Below are positions 39,072 to 53,500 of a DNA stretch of 64,000 nt, one piece after another. Each line of letters starts with the position of its first letter. Position 1 is the stretch's first letter. The DNA lies in NCBI GenBank assembly GCA_040768745.1, contig JAXGMI010000002.1:736001-800000 (forward strand), given 5' to 3'. The notes below the pieces were generated by a model. It worked only from the letters and a program-made list of their open reading frames with translations, searched no databases and was not told where the DNA came from. Both the position numbers and the translations under genes were made by a program. This DNA is from Desulfomicrobium sp. GTDB taxonomy: Bacteria; Desulfobacterota; Desulfovibrionia; Desulfovibrionales; Desulfomicrobiaceae.

Positions 39072-39584
39072 TCAATCCAAAAAAGAGGCATCCTTTGATT
39101 TGCCTGACGACCCATTCAGGGACTGAAGCTTCATGATCAGTTCATCACGCTGCTGTTTGTATATGTATCGCTCGGAATGGCATCGGATACGGGCCACGAG
39201 TTCCACCTTGTCCGGCAGCTTGATCATGTAGTCATTGGCTCCCAGGGCGATGGCCTTCTTTTTCAGTTCAGGTTCCTCCCGTGCCGAAAGCACGATCAGG
39301 GGCACATCCCGGAAGTCCTCGCTGCTTTTGAAAAATTTGACCATGGTCAGTCCGTTCACCCCGGGCATGACCAAATCCAGCATGATGACCGTGGGTTGGG
39401 CGCTGATGGCCTTCTCCAGGGCCTTGTCCGGCTCCTTGCAGTAGTGAAAAATGATGTCCCGCTCGCTGGAGAGCTTGATGCGCATGGCCTCGCCGATGAG
39501 GTACTCGTCGTCAATGAGCAGCACCGAAACCGGGATCCTGGTCACATATTTTTCTGCTATGTCGTCAACATCGTGGATGTACAT
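39072..39584 (-). CDS. Response regulator: WspR-like receiver plus helical stalk, no output domain
   Basis: VLLIDD...IGEA...FHYC...PTVIMLDLVMPG.NGL...IVLS.REEP...GANDY.IKLPD..EL.ARIR.HS..YI..QQRDE. Start ATG 39584 or GTG 39590. Confidence 0.85.
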   Translation of the reverse strand: MYIHDVDDIAEKYVTRIPVSVLLIDDEYLIGEAMRIKLSSERDIIFHYCKEPDKALEKAISAQPTVIMLDLVMPGVNGLTMVKFFKSSEDFRDVPLIVLSAREEPELKKKAIALGANDYMIKLPDKVELVARIRCHSERYIYKQQRDELIMKLQSLNGSSGKSKDASFLD

Positions 39585-39586
39585 AT

Positions 39587-43369
<3,783 letters not shown>

Positions 43370-43428
43370 AACCTTCTCGTGGGAGACGCTCTACGCGGCA
43401 GGCAAAATTACGGGACGATATTGGCAGT

Positions 43429-43860
43429 TCAGGGCATGGCCAGCACTGCTGTGACGGCGTTCAACAATTCCTCGCGCTTGATGGGTTTGCTCAGGCACTG
43501 CTTGGCGCCCATGAGCCTGGCCCATTTCAAATAGTCTGTTGCGCCGCCCCGCCCCCCTGCTGACATGGCAATGATGCGGATTCCGCTGTCTTCCTTGCGT
43601 AATTCGCGGATGATCTGAATTCCTTCCTTGTCCGGCATGATGAGGTCCGTGATGACCAGATCGAATCGATGGCTGCGGTACAGCCGCAACCCCTCATCCC
43701 CATTGGCTGCCTGGGCCACGTTATATCCAGAGGCGGCCAGAATCTTGGCCAATGCCAGGCGCATGAGCTTATCGTCGTCAATGACAAGAATGCTCTGCGC
43801 CAGTCCTTGTCCGTCTCCAGAACCGTTGCTGTTCGTGGCCACCTTTATTACCTCATCCAT
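43429..43860 (-). CDS. Single-domain response regulator (CheY-like)
   Basis: ILVIDDD, VITDLIMPDKEG, IIAMS and SKP motifs. Confidence 0.92.
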   Translation of the reverse strand: MDEVIKVATNSNGSGDGQGLAQSILVIDDDKLMRLALAKILAASGYNVAQAANGDEGLRLYRSHRFDLVITDLIMPDKEGIQIIRELRKEDSGIRIIAMSAGGRGGATDYLKWARLMGAKQCLSKPIKREELLNAVTAVLAMP

Positions 43861-45545
43861 AGTTCAACCCGACGATTTTTTTCCCTGCCAGCTTTGGTTT
43901 CGTTGGATTCGAGAGGATCTTCCTCCCCAGCGGCCAGGACCAGCGCCTGGATGCCTCGGGACCTGAATTCATTGGCAATGGCCTCTGCCCTTTTTCTGGA
44001 TGCCGCCAGATTGGAGGCATAGTCACCCGGGGAGTCGGAAAAGCCCACAAGAATAAGCTGTTTTCCTGCATTCTCCCTGCGCTGCATGAATCTGGCCATG
44101 CGATCCACCTCAGCCCGGGCCTCGCGATCAGGATTGATGCTTGCCGCATCAAATCGGAACACGGACTGCAATCGTTGGGCTCCACTGACCCCTTCCCGAT
44201 ACGCCAGGAGGACATCCCGGCGTGCAGCTTCGGTCACCACCTCGCCATCAAGCTGTACCAGGGGAGGCAGTGGGCCCGCCGACGCCATTGAGGCGCGCCC
44301 CCCGCCCTCGTGCTGGGCGGATATGGCTGGGGTTTTCAGGAGACTCACAAATCCGAATTTCCTGACAGTCTCCTGTCCTGCCGATCCGAGGACCATGTCG
44401 AGAAAATCGCGGGCATAGATGTTTTTGGACTCCATAGAAAGCAGGAAATACAGATTCCGGAAGGCGGGATAGGACAAGGAGGCAATACTCTGAGCCGTGG
44501 GAGCCACAGGCGCGACGTCGGGCATGACCTTCAGGGGAACCTCCCGGCACTGCCCTGCAAAGGCACGGCTGCAGAATCCTACGGCCAGCGGGTCCTGGGC
44601 CACAAGATCCGAAAGCATTTCCTGGCTGTCGACCAAACGGGCCGCTTGCGCGAGATTCCGGCCGGCCATGAAAAATTCGTCGAAGGCCCAGCGCGTTCCC
44701 GACCCCTCCTGCAGGGCAAAAACCTTGATCGGCACGGCAGGCCCGCCAACCTGATCCCAGCTGGCGATTTCTCCGCTGAAAATTTTGTGTATCTGTTCAA
44801 GGCTCAGGGCCGCAACAGGGTTGTCCCGGTGCACAACCAAAACCACTGCATCCAGCCCGACTGCATGACGCGTCATCCCCGCTGCAGTTGGATCCTCTTT
44901 CAGCATGGCCTGCTGGTCCGACAAGCGCCCTGCGGCCAGGACCACGTCATAGCCTTCTTGGCGCAAGGCCCCCCAGCCGGATGGGATTGCCTTGCCCTCG
45001 ATCCGGATGGAACGAATTTCCGATGTTGCATAGAAAATCCCCTGCACCGTGTTCTCTTCGGCGTTCTTTCCCGGGATCCTGCGTACTTCGCCTGCACCGA
45101 TGCGGAGCAGGTAGAGCCTGGCCAATTCAGGGACAAGGCGTTGGGCCAAGCTGCTTTCCCCGGCAACCGTCAGAATTGTCTGCTCGGAAAAGACCGCCGG
45201 CTTGTATGTGCCCTCGATTCGCTGATTGCGCTCATCTTGTTTGAGCACGATTGGCTGAGGAGTTTCCCAGCCAGGGACATGTTTGAACTCGACAACGGAG
45301 ATGTTTCTCTCGTTCCCCGACTCCCCAGGCTTCCGCCACTGGCTGACCAACCGCCATTCCGCTCCTGCTTCAACTGCATCCTGCGGAACAATGGATACCA
45401 CGTCCAGGACGTTGGTCGAGACGAACGAAAACAGTGCAGGCCTCATCGCCAGGAACACTGCGCACCCGATGGCAAGAAGGGCCAGAAAAATAAGCGCCAT
45501 GCCCCATATTTTCCCAGTCGCATGCGACTGATTTTGCCCGGCCAT
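43848..45545 (-). CDS. Membrane-anchored PstS-like periplasmic-binding domain / OmpA-like peptidoglycan-binding fusion protein
   Basis: N-terminal TM; AVGLDAVVLVVH..NPV..LS.EQI.KIFSGEI..W..VGG, GSGT and YP..R.L (PBP_2/PstS-like); C-terminal LVGFSD..G....N...S.KRA...NRRVE (OmpA). GAGG before ATG 45545. Confidence 0.85.
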   Translation of the reverse strand: MAGQNQSHATGKIWGMALIFLALLAIGCAVFLAMRPALFSFVSTNVLDVVSIVPQDAVEAGAEWRLVSQWRKPGESGNERNISVVEFKHVPGWETPQPIVLKQDERNQRIEGTYKPAVFSEQTILTVAGESSLAQRLVPELARLYLLRIGAGEVRRIPGKNAEENTVQGIFYATSEIRSIRIEGKAIPSGWGALRQEGYDVVLAAGRLSDQQAMLKEDPTAAGMTRHAVGLDAVVLVVHRDNPVAALSLEQIHKIFSGEIASWDQVGGPAVPIKVFALQEGSGTRWAFDEFFMAGRNLAQAARLVDSQEMLSDLVAQDPLAVGFCSRAFAGQCREVPLKVMPDVAPVAPTAQSIASLSYPAFRNLYFLLSMESKNIYARDFLDMVLGSAGQETVRKFGFVSLLKTPAISAQHEGGGRASMASAGPLPPLVQLDGEVVTEAARRDVLLAYREGVSGAQRLQSVFRFDAASINPDREARAEVDRMARFMQRRENAGKQLILVGFSDSPGDYASNLAASRKRAEAIANEFRSRGIQALVLAAGEEDPLESNETKAGREKNRRVELWMR

Positions 45546-45552
45546 GTTTACC

Positions 45553-46044
45553 TCATTTGGAAAGAATGAACTTGCCCAGAACCCTGTCGAATCCCCCCGG
45601 ATCGACAAAACTTGCCCCGACCTTGTCGTCCCGGATGGACTCGACTTTCACTTCCTTGTCCATGACCGTCTGATCATCGTCGTCCAGAAGAAAACGAATG
45701 GTCAATACGGCTCCAGGTTCCAGCCAAGGGCCTTCCCCTTGAAAACCCAGGCCGGTCATGGACAAATCCGTGACCAGCACCTCGGCCAATGCATCTGTCG
45801 CATCCCCGGAAGCATAGACAAGACCCCGGAGGGCCGTTTCCTTGCGGAAATATTTTCGGAAATTGAACGAAATGGTAAATTTATGACCACAACGTGTGCA
45901 TGTCGCATTCACCATCCAATGCGGGACATGGAGTATATTTTCTGTGTTGATTGTCTTTTGAAGCATGCATGATGGACAGGAAAAGGATACATCCTGCTTC
46001 TTGTGCACGAAAACCTCTACGTCAGCTTTCATCGTGTTGTTCAT
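45553..46044 (-). CDS. PilZ-domain protein with N-terminal zinc ribbon
   Basis: CPSC...CTRC, then RKYFR (RxxxR) and DLSMTG (D/NxSxxG) c-di-GMP-binding motifs. Start uncertain (46053/46044/46032). Confidence 0.85.
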   Translation of the reverse strand: MNNTMKADVEVFVHKKQDVSFSCPSCMLQKTINTENILHVPHWMVNATCTRCGHKFTISFNFRKYFRKETALRGLVYASGDATDALAEVLVTDLSMTGLGFQGEGPWLEPGAVLTIRFLLDDDDQTVMDKEVKVESIRDDKVGASFVDPGGFDRVLGKFILSK

Positions 46045-46466
46045 AGATCGCACGAACCATGCTCCCCATTGCGCTTCAATGCAAAAACCCTATGAAATTT
46101 ATGCAAAATTCAGGCCATCAATACTGAGCGCTGACTGTTGGTCCCTTTCGGCCCTCACCCCTGGCACACCCATCGTTGCTCTAAGAGACGTGCCATTTAT
46201 CAGAGCGCTGTTGAAAGCCACAGGGAACAAGGGAAGACAAAAAATATTCGACACTCTAAATCTTTCCATATCCTTACAAAATTTGTCGGACAATGCAATC
46301 CATGCCCCTGATTCGAGGACAGAGTCCTGCCCACTCCTCCAAAACCGACCACGGGCCCTGCACGCTTCCCCGACCAGGCCATCCGATGGGCATCTGTCCA
46401 TAATCGCATTGACAGCAGGCATGGCGTGGACAATGGTTCATAACAGTGGCGTGTCTTGCCCAAACC

Positions 46467-47402
46467 ATGCAGACATCTGATCCGGATGTACACACAATGA
46501 CCTTCGGCACAACCTCTCCTCTCAGGGTACGTGGCCGGAAATGGAGTTCCGACAAGACCTTCAAGCTGTTGCTGGAGCTTTCTGACGGCCATTGCATAGA
46601 ATGTGTGGCCATGGCCATGCCCACATGCATGACTGTCTGCCTTTCCACCCAGGTGGGATGTGCGCTGGGTTGCAGATTCTGCAGCACTGGACAATCCGGC
46701 TTTATTCGCAACCTCTCTGGGTCAGAAATCCTGCGTCAATTGGGTACCATCGCGCATGAGCTTGAACAGACCGCGGGAGTGAGGCCAGCACGCGTTGTTT
46801 TTATGGGAATGGGCGAACCGCTCCTCAACGAGGAAGCCCTGAACGCAGGCCTTCTTCATCTCGCCAAGGCGGCCCGCATTTCCTGGAGAAAGATCCTGGT
46901 CTCCACAGTTGGGATCCCGGACGCGCTGGAAAGGCTTGGCGCCAGCCGGATGGCTTTGCCGGCCATTTCCCTGCACGCCGCCGACCAGGAACTCCGGAAT
47001 TTCCTGATGCCCGGGGTACGACAATGGCCGTTGCAGGACCTCCTCCATGCCCTCGAACGATACCCGCTGCCGGGCAGGGAACGCATCGTCATCGAATACA
47101 TCATGCTCCGCGCTGTGAACGACGACACGGAACACGCAGACATGCTCCACGCCCTGCTCCGCGAACTGCGCGTCAAGATCAATCTCATCCCCTGCAATCC
47201 TGTTCCCGGAAGCGCGTTTGCGCCATCCACCCCGCAGGCCATCGATGCCTTTGCCCAGCGCCTGCGGCAGCATGGCAGAAGCGTATTCGTCAGGCGCAGT
47301 CTGGGATCGGACATCCTGGCCTCCTGTGGACAGCTTCGCGGACACATCGGATCCGCGATGCATTTCGACACCTCCGCCACAATATCCGAGGTATGCACAT
47401 GA
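46467..47402 (+). CDS. RlmN/Cfr-family radical SAM RNA methyltransferase (short, divergent paralogue)
   Basis: CLSTQVGCALGCRFCSTG, FMGMGEPL, VSTVG, ISLHA, IEYIM, KINLIP and ASCGQL. The usual N-terminal domain appears to be absent. Confidence 0.85.
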   Translation: MQTSDPDVHTMTFGTTSPLRVRGRKWSSDKTFKLLLELSDGHCIECVAMAMPTCMTVCLSTQVGCALGCRFCSTGQSGFIRNLSGSEILRQLGTIAHELEQTAGVRPARVVFMGMGEPLLNEEALNAGLLHLAKAARISWRKILVSTVGIPDALERLGASRMALPAISLHAADQELRNFLMPGVRQWPLQDLLHALERYPLPGRERIVIEYIMLRAVNDDTEHADMLHALLRELRVKINLIPCNPVPGSAFAPSTPQAIDAFAQRLRQHGRSVFVRRSLGSDILASCGQLRGHIGSAMHFDTSATISEVCT

Positions 47403-48772
47403 ACCCACGCCGATGCCGTATTCTGCGCGATGGACCCTCGGGGTCCGGTCCAATCCTGTACTGGATGCATCGCGAATTCCGGGCCAGCGACAACTGGGGA
47501 CTGACCCACGCGCGGCTGCTGGGGCTCAAGTCCCATCAGCCGGTCGGCGTGGTTTTTTGCCTTGCCGAATCGTACCTGGACGCGACCGTGCGCCACTTCG
47601 ACTTCCTGTTTCGCGGCCTGGAGGGTACCTCCCGCTCCATCCAAAATTCAGGTCTGCGATTCTTTGTCCTGCATGGCAGTCCCGGCCTGGAAGTCGCCCG
47701 GCTGGCCCGCCAATGTGGCGCAGGGGCCATTGTTATGGATTTCGACCCGTTGCGCATCAAGCGAAAATGGGTTGAGGATCTCTTGCTGTCCTGTCAGATC
47801 CCGGTGCACGAGGTCGATTCCCGCAATATTGTGCCCTGCTGGATCACCTCGGAGCGACGAGAGTTCGCGGCCAGGACCATCCGACCCAAAATTCGCCGTC
47901 TCCTGCCCGAGTTTCTGGAAGAGTTTCCACGTCTGCCCGCACCCAGGCCCTGGGCCGAATCCTCCACCCCTCCTGATTTTTCTCGGCTTCTGACGTCGGT
48001 CAAGGCTGACACCACGGTCGGACCGGTCGCCTGGATCACCCCCGGAGAATCAGCCGGTCAGGCCGTGCTCAAAAATTTTCTCTCCACCCGACTTCCGCAT
48101 TATCTGCTCCGCAATGACCCCAACCAGGACGTCTGCTCCCATCTTTCCGCTCATCTCCACTTCGGGATGGTTTCGGCCCAGCGCATTCTGCTCGAACTCC
48201 AGGAGCAATCCATGCAGGGCGAGCAGGTTGATTCCTTTGTCGAGGAGCTTCTTGTCCGCCGCGAACTCGCTGACAATTTCTGTGCGTACACACCGGACTA
48301 TGATGCGGAATCCGGGTTTCCGGTCTGGGCCAGAGAAACGCTGCATGCCCACCGCCATGACCCCCGCCCTGTCCTGCATTCATCCGAAGAACTGGAGCAT
48401 GCCAGAACCCTTGATCCACTCTGGAACGCAGCCCAGACCCAGATGGTGCGCACCGGAAAGATGCATGGGTACCTGCGGATGTACTGGGCCAAAAAAATTC
48501 TGGAGTGGACTCCAGACGTCCACGAGGCCCTGCGCATCGCCATCCGCCTCAATGACCGCTACAGCCTTGATGGCCGGGACAGCAACGGGTATACGGGCAT
48601 CGCCTGGTCCATGGGCGGGGTTCATGACCGCGGCTGGACCGAACGTCCGGTTTTCGGCAAGATCCGCTACATGAATCTGCAGGGGGCGCGCCGGAAGTTT
48701 GACGTCGACAGGTTTGTGCGAACCTGGTCAGCCTGCCGGAAATCCGATCCAACCCTTCCTCAGGATGCATGA
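47399..48772 (+). CDS. phrB: Deoxyribodipyrimidine photolyase, class II
   Basis: ILYWM.R..R..DNW.L, EELLVRRELADNFC, LWNAAQ, KMHGYLRMYWAKKILEW and LDGRDSNGY class II signatures. ATGA overlap with the upstream gene. Confidence 0.93.
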   Translation: MNPRRCRILRDGPSGSGPILYWMHREFRASDNWGLTHARLLGLKSHQPVGVVFCLAESYLDATVRHFDFLFRGLEGTSRSIQNSGLRFFVLHGSPGLEVARLARQCGAGAIVMDFDPLRIKRKWVEDLLLSCQIPVHEVDSRNIVPCWITSERREFAARTIRPKIRRLLPEFLEEFPRLPAPRPWAESSTPPDFSRLLTSVKADTTVGPVAWITPGESAGQAVLKNFLSTRLPHYLLRNDPNQDVCSHLSAHLHFGMVSAQRILLELQEQSMQGEQVDSFVEELLVRRELADNFCAYTPDYDAESGFPVWARETLHAHRHDPRPVLHSSEELEHARTLDPLWNAAQTQMVRTGKMHGYLRMYWAKKILEWTPDVHEALRIAIRLNDRYSLDGRDSNGYTGIAWSMGGVHDRGWTERPVFGKIRYMNLQGARRKFDVDRFVRTWSACRKSDPTLPQDA

Positions 48773-50548
48773 ATGCCAGCCCTGTCCGTGCGGGTCCTCC
48801 TCATCCTCTCCCTGGTCCTGACTTCTGCCCTCTGCCCAAAGCCGTCCCGGGGGGCTGCGATTGAATACACGGTGGAAATCCCCAACCTGCCCGATGGAAT
48901 CACCGACATGCTGTCCTCGGTTTCGGACTGCGCGGGCCTGCAGGATAACCCGCCGGACTCCCTGCCCCTGCTCCGCTCGAGGATGAACAACGATGTGAAG
49001 GCGTTTTCCCAGGCCCTCAAATCCAGGGGATACTTCAAGTCCGGGGTGGCGGCCGCGCTGGACGAACAAACAACTCCCCCCACCGTCCGCTTTGATGTCA
49101 CTCCCGGCCCACGTTTTATTTTCGCCCAACCCCGAGTGATCCTCAACCCGGACAATCCCGCTCTCTCGTCCCTCCTGAACGACATATTGAAAGGCTTGGC
49201 GGAAGGGACGGGCTATTCCTCCGGTGCCGTCGTCGACACCGAATACGCCCTCCTCGAGAGGCTCCGGGAGCATGGGCGACCATCGCCCGTCTCTGAGCAG
49301 CGAGAGGTCCTGGCCGATCACGCCACGGACACCGTCGCAGTGCGCTTCGTCATCAACACTGGACCGGAGGCCGTATTCGGAGACACGGACATTCTCGGAC
49401 TCGAAGACGTATCCAGGGATGTCGTCTTCGCCAAGCTGGCCTGGCAAAAAGGCTCGCCATACGACAAGCGACTGGTGGACAAAACGCGCGAACAGCTCAT
49501 CCGCACCGGGCTCTTCCGCTCAGTGCAGGTCGTCACCGACCATGTGCCTGAAGCACACAGCGTGGCCATGCGCATCACCCTCCTTGAAGCGCCCCCTCGC
49601 AGCGTGCGTTCCGGACTGTGGTTCTATTCCGATCTGGGCTTCGGAGCAGGACTGGGCTGGACTCACCGCAATATTTTTGGAGCGGGTCAGGAGTTACGGC
49701 TCAATTCGGCGGTTTCCGAAAAGCTCCAGGAGGCCGGTGCGGGCCTGATTCTCCCGAACTTCAATGGCCCAGGGCGGAGCCTCGACCTCTCGGCCCGCTT
49801 CGAGAACGAGGAGACCGACGTCTACGACACCACCAACCTGTCCCTGTCCTGCATCGCACGCCGCCCTCTGGCGGACCTGAACGTGGGCTACGGCCTTGCC
49901 TACCGCCTGGCCGAGGTCGATGACGACGAAACCAGACGTTTCAATCTTCTTTCCGTGCCGCTCATCCTGGAATACTCCTCGGCAGACAATCCCCTGGACC
50001 CCACCTCAGGCCTGACATTGGCAGGCCGCGTCGAGCCCTTTGCCAGCCTGGAGGAGCGCAGTTCCTCCTTCGTGCTCTGGAGCATCTCAGGAAGGAACTA
50101 CCTGCCCCTGCTCCAGGACAGATCCCTGATCCTGGCCACCCGCGGCCGCTACGCCCTGCTGGCTGGAACCGGCCGCGACAGCATCCCCGAGGACATGCTC
50201 CTCTATGCCGGAGGCGGTGGTTCGGTCCGCGGGTATGCCTACCAGTACGCTGGCCTCCTTGACGAGGACGACGAACCCCTCGGAGGCGTCAGCGCCGTGG
50301 ACTTTTCCGCGGAACTGCGCTGGCGTATGAGCACGGACTTCGGGTTCGTCCTGTTCGGGGACGGAGGCGGGGCCTTTACGGATCGCAACCCTTCGGAGAA
50401 AGAAGATTATTTCTGGGCCGCAGGGACTGGTTTGCGCTATTTCACCCCCATCGGACCCATCCGGGCAGACCTGGCCATCCCCCTGGACAGGCGTGATGGG
50501 GTGGACGACCCTTTCCTGATCTACATCAGCCTGGGGCAGGCCTTCTGA
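48773..50548 (+). CDS. tamA: Omp85-family outer-membrane protein TamA
   Basis: Signal peptide, POTRA-like region, YAGGGGSVRGY, GLRYFTPIGPIRADLA and C-terminal YISLGQAF. Confidence 0.9.
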   Translation: MPALSVRVLLILSLVLTSALCPKPSRGAAIEYTVEIPNLPDGITDMLSSVSDCAGLQDNPPDSLPLLRSRMNNDVKAFSQALKSRGYFKSGVAAALDEQTTPPTVRFDVTPGPRFIFAQPRVILNPDNPALSSLLNDILKGLAEGTGYSSGAVVDTEYALLERLREHGRPSPVSEQREVLADHATDTVAVRFVINTGPEAVFGDTDILGLEDVSRDVVFAKLAWQKGSPYDKRLVDKTREQLIRTGLFRSVQVVTDHVPEAHSVAMRITLLEAPPRSVRSGLWFYSDLGFGAGLGWTHRNIFGAGQELRLNSAVSEKLQEAGAGLILPNFNGPGRSLDLSARFENEETDVYDTTNLSLSCIARRPLADLNVGYGLAYRLAEVDDDETRRFNLLSVPLILEYSSADNPLDPTSGLTLAGRVEPFASLEERSSSFVLWSISGRNYLPLLQDRSLILATRGRYALLAGTGRDSIPEDMLLYAGGGGSVRGYAYQYAGLLDEDDEPLGGVSAVDFSAELRWRMSTDFGFVLFGDGGGAFTDRNPSEKEDYFWAAGTGLRYFTPIGPIRADLAIPLDRRDGVDDPFLIYISLGQAF

Positions 50549-53500
50549 TGTGCCCCGCTAGCGCCACATCCCGGCTGCGCGCAGCAGCGCTCGTTGTTGC
50601 CGCCAGCCTCGTTGCCCTGTCCGTTGCCGCGGCTCTGGCCCTGGGCACGTCAACCGGCAGGCAGGCACTGCTCGACGGCATCGGACGGATGACCGCCTCC
50701 GCCAATTTCCAGCTCGAGATGAGCGGACTCGAACTGGGCCGCATCTGGTCAATGGAGCGCTTGGCCTTGAACGACTCGACAGGGACATGGCTCCTCCTCG
50801 AGGATCTTCGCCTGCGGCCGCGGCTGAGCGCTCTGCTCCGGGGCAGATTGTCCCTGCACGATGTCAGCGTACGACGTCTGGATCTGGACCGGCTGCCCGC
50901 AACAACCGAAGACTCTGCGGGCGATGCCCTCCTTCCGGAATTGGCCATCTCCGGCATAGACGCACAGCACATCCGTCTCGGGCCTGCTGTCATGGGTCAT
51001 GAGGCCTTTTTTTCCCTCCAAGGGGGCATCGAGATGGATCCGGACAAAACCCATGCCCGCTTGCGCGTGGCCCGGCTGGACCGGACCGGGGACCACGCAG
51101 AACTTGACGGCCTCCTCGTCTTCCAAGACAGGGCGGGATCCCTGCAGCTGGAATTGCACGAGGCCCAGGGCGGTCTGATCCATTCCGTCCTGGGCCTCAA
51201 CAGCACCGAGGGCATCTCTCTGCAACTGGCCGGAACGGGGCCCATGGACCATTGGCCCCTGACAATCGAGGCCCGGATTTCCGACGCCGCCCGGCTGGAA
51301 GCCAACGCCACCCTCGACATCACCGAAGGCCCCAGTCTTTCATTGCGCGCGAGCCTCAGCCCCGGTCCGTCCTGGACTGGACTCACGGGCTTGCCGGACG
51401 GGGAGATTCTGGTGGAAGGGCACGGATTCTGGCGGGACGGCATTCTGCACCTCGCGCGTCTGGACCTGCAGGGCCGGCCCGCAATGTTCCAGGGCAACGC
51501 CACATGGGATTTCGAAAGCGACATCCTGGACGCCCAGATCCAGGCCAGAGGCTCTGACCTCTCCTGGCTTCTGCCTGCAAAGATCAAAGCAGGCCCCGTC
51601 ACTGCCAACGCCAGACTGAGACGCGACACCTCGGGTCTGAGCGCCCGCGCACGCATGGAGCTTCAGGACTGGAACCTGTCCGGACAGACCATCCCCACGG
51701 CCGCTGCCGATCTCACTCTGCACATGCCGGCGGATCTGAAACAATGGGAAGGCCGGGCCAATGTCGACGCCCAAACCCCCGATCTGCCAAGGGGGCTGCA
51801 GACATGGACGGCAACAGCCGTGGCGGAGGGCAACGCCACACTTCTCCGGCTGCACGAAATCCGTCTGGATGCTGGGCTCCTGGAACTGGAGGGCAATGGC
51901 ACCCTCGACGCGGATATGGTTTTGCGCGCACGGACGGTTTTGCACAAAACCGAAGATCAGCCCATCTCCGCAATTCTGGAATCGGAACTGCACGGTTCCA
52001 TGGACCGCGAATCCCAGGCCTTTGCGGGAAAACTTGCCGTGAACGCCACGGGTATCTCCGGCATGCCTCCGTTTGCAGAGCAACTGCTAGGCGACAACGG
52101 CCGTATCACCGCCAATCTGGCCCTTTCTCCGGATCTTTTGTCCATCCGTGACGCGCTCGTGCAGTTCAGATCCAGGGCCGACCTGCGCGGCGACATCGAC
52201 ATGGACACAGGGCGATTTTCCGCGGGAATCGAGGCCAGCCTGCCGCAACTGACATTGGACAGCCTGCGCGTGGACCAGGGGACTTCCGTTCGCGGCAGTC
52301 TTTCCGGAAAACCTGAATCCTTCGACATGGCCCTGGAGGTCCGCTCCCCTCGCTTTGCCATGGACAGGGCGGTGCTGGACACCTTCAGCGCCACTGCGGC
52401 ACTGAACGGCCTGCCCGGCCTGCAGTCGGCAACGCTGCAGGCCAAAGCCGCCTTGCGCGGACAGCCCTTGAGCCTCAATCTGCGGACAAGGGGCGGAACG
52501 GATTCACTTCAAGTGGAGGAAGGGGTGGTGCAACTCCCCGGAACGAGGCTGCAGGCCAACGGTCATGTGACCCTTGACGTCCCCCGGTTTGACGGCACCC
52601 TGGACTTGAACAGCGCGGATCTCCGACCGCTGGGCCAAGCCCTGGACCTGGCCCTGGCAGGAAAAATGGGGGTGCGGGCCGACCTGGTCGGCGACAAGAA
52701 CAGACACACCCTCCGCTTCGAAGGCCGCGGGGAAGACCTCGACCTTCTGGGAACGCGCATCGGCACGATTTCGCTGAAGGGCTTCACGGCCATACCCGGG
52801 CCGATGCGCGACACAGACGTGCATCTGGAGTTCGGCAAAGTGTTCCACCCTCCCTTGCGCGCGGATCTCATGGGTGTTCACCTGCGTGGCGACGACCAGG
52901 GGCTCTCCTTCCAGGCGGACGCAAGGGACGACGCTTCCAAAACCCAAATCAGGTCCGGCGGACAGTTGAAACTTGATCCGCTCCGGCTGCTGGTCAATTC
53001 TCTCAATGGCCAACTGCTCGGCCAGGACCTGCGTCTGGCATCCCCCTTGGACCTGCGCATCTCCGCCCCCGAAACCAGTTGGAGTGAATTTGTCCTTCAC
53101 CTCGGCCCAGCCCGGTTCACCTCCCAGGGCAGCATGACTCCGGGAGGAACCGACATCCGCGCCGATGCCAGGGGCATGGACCCCGCCATGTTGCACGTTC
53201 TTTGGCCCCATCTGCCCAGCGCCACGATGCACGCCCGGCTGGAGATCAGGGGCACCCCGCAGGATCCTCTTGCCCGACTGGTTGTCCAGGGCGATTCCAT
53301 CCTCATGCAGACCGCGGGTCTGGAAAACCTGCCGGAGCTCATGGGAAAAGCCGAAATTGTGCTGCACAGAGACTCCCTGAATGCCACAGGTCTTGTCTCT
53401 GCCAACGGCGACCTCAGGTTGGAGGGGCAGTTGTCCGGCCCTGTCATGGCCAAGCTTTTCTCTGTCTCCCTCCCTAACGATACCCCCCTCTCTGGCCGCA

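Noticed and set aside
46181..46196. Sigma54 promoter for the PilZ cluster (minus-strand TGGCACG-N4-TTAG)
   Set aside because: Good -24 element, but the -12 dinucleotide is AG rather than GC, so it is not called.
46467..47402. Cfr antibiotic-resistance methyltransferase
   Set aside because: The motifs seen are shared by the whole RlmN/Cfr family and there is no mobile context. Cannot be assigned without phylogeny.
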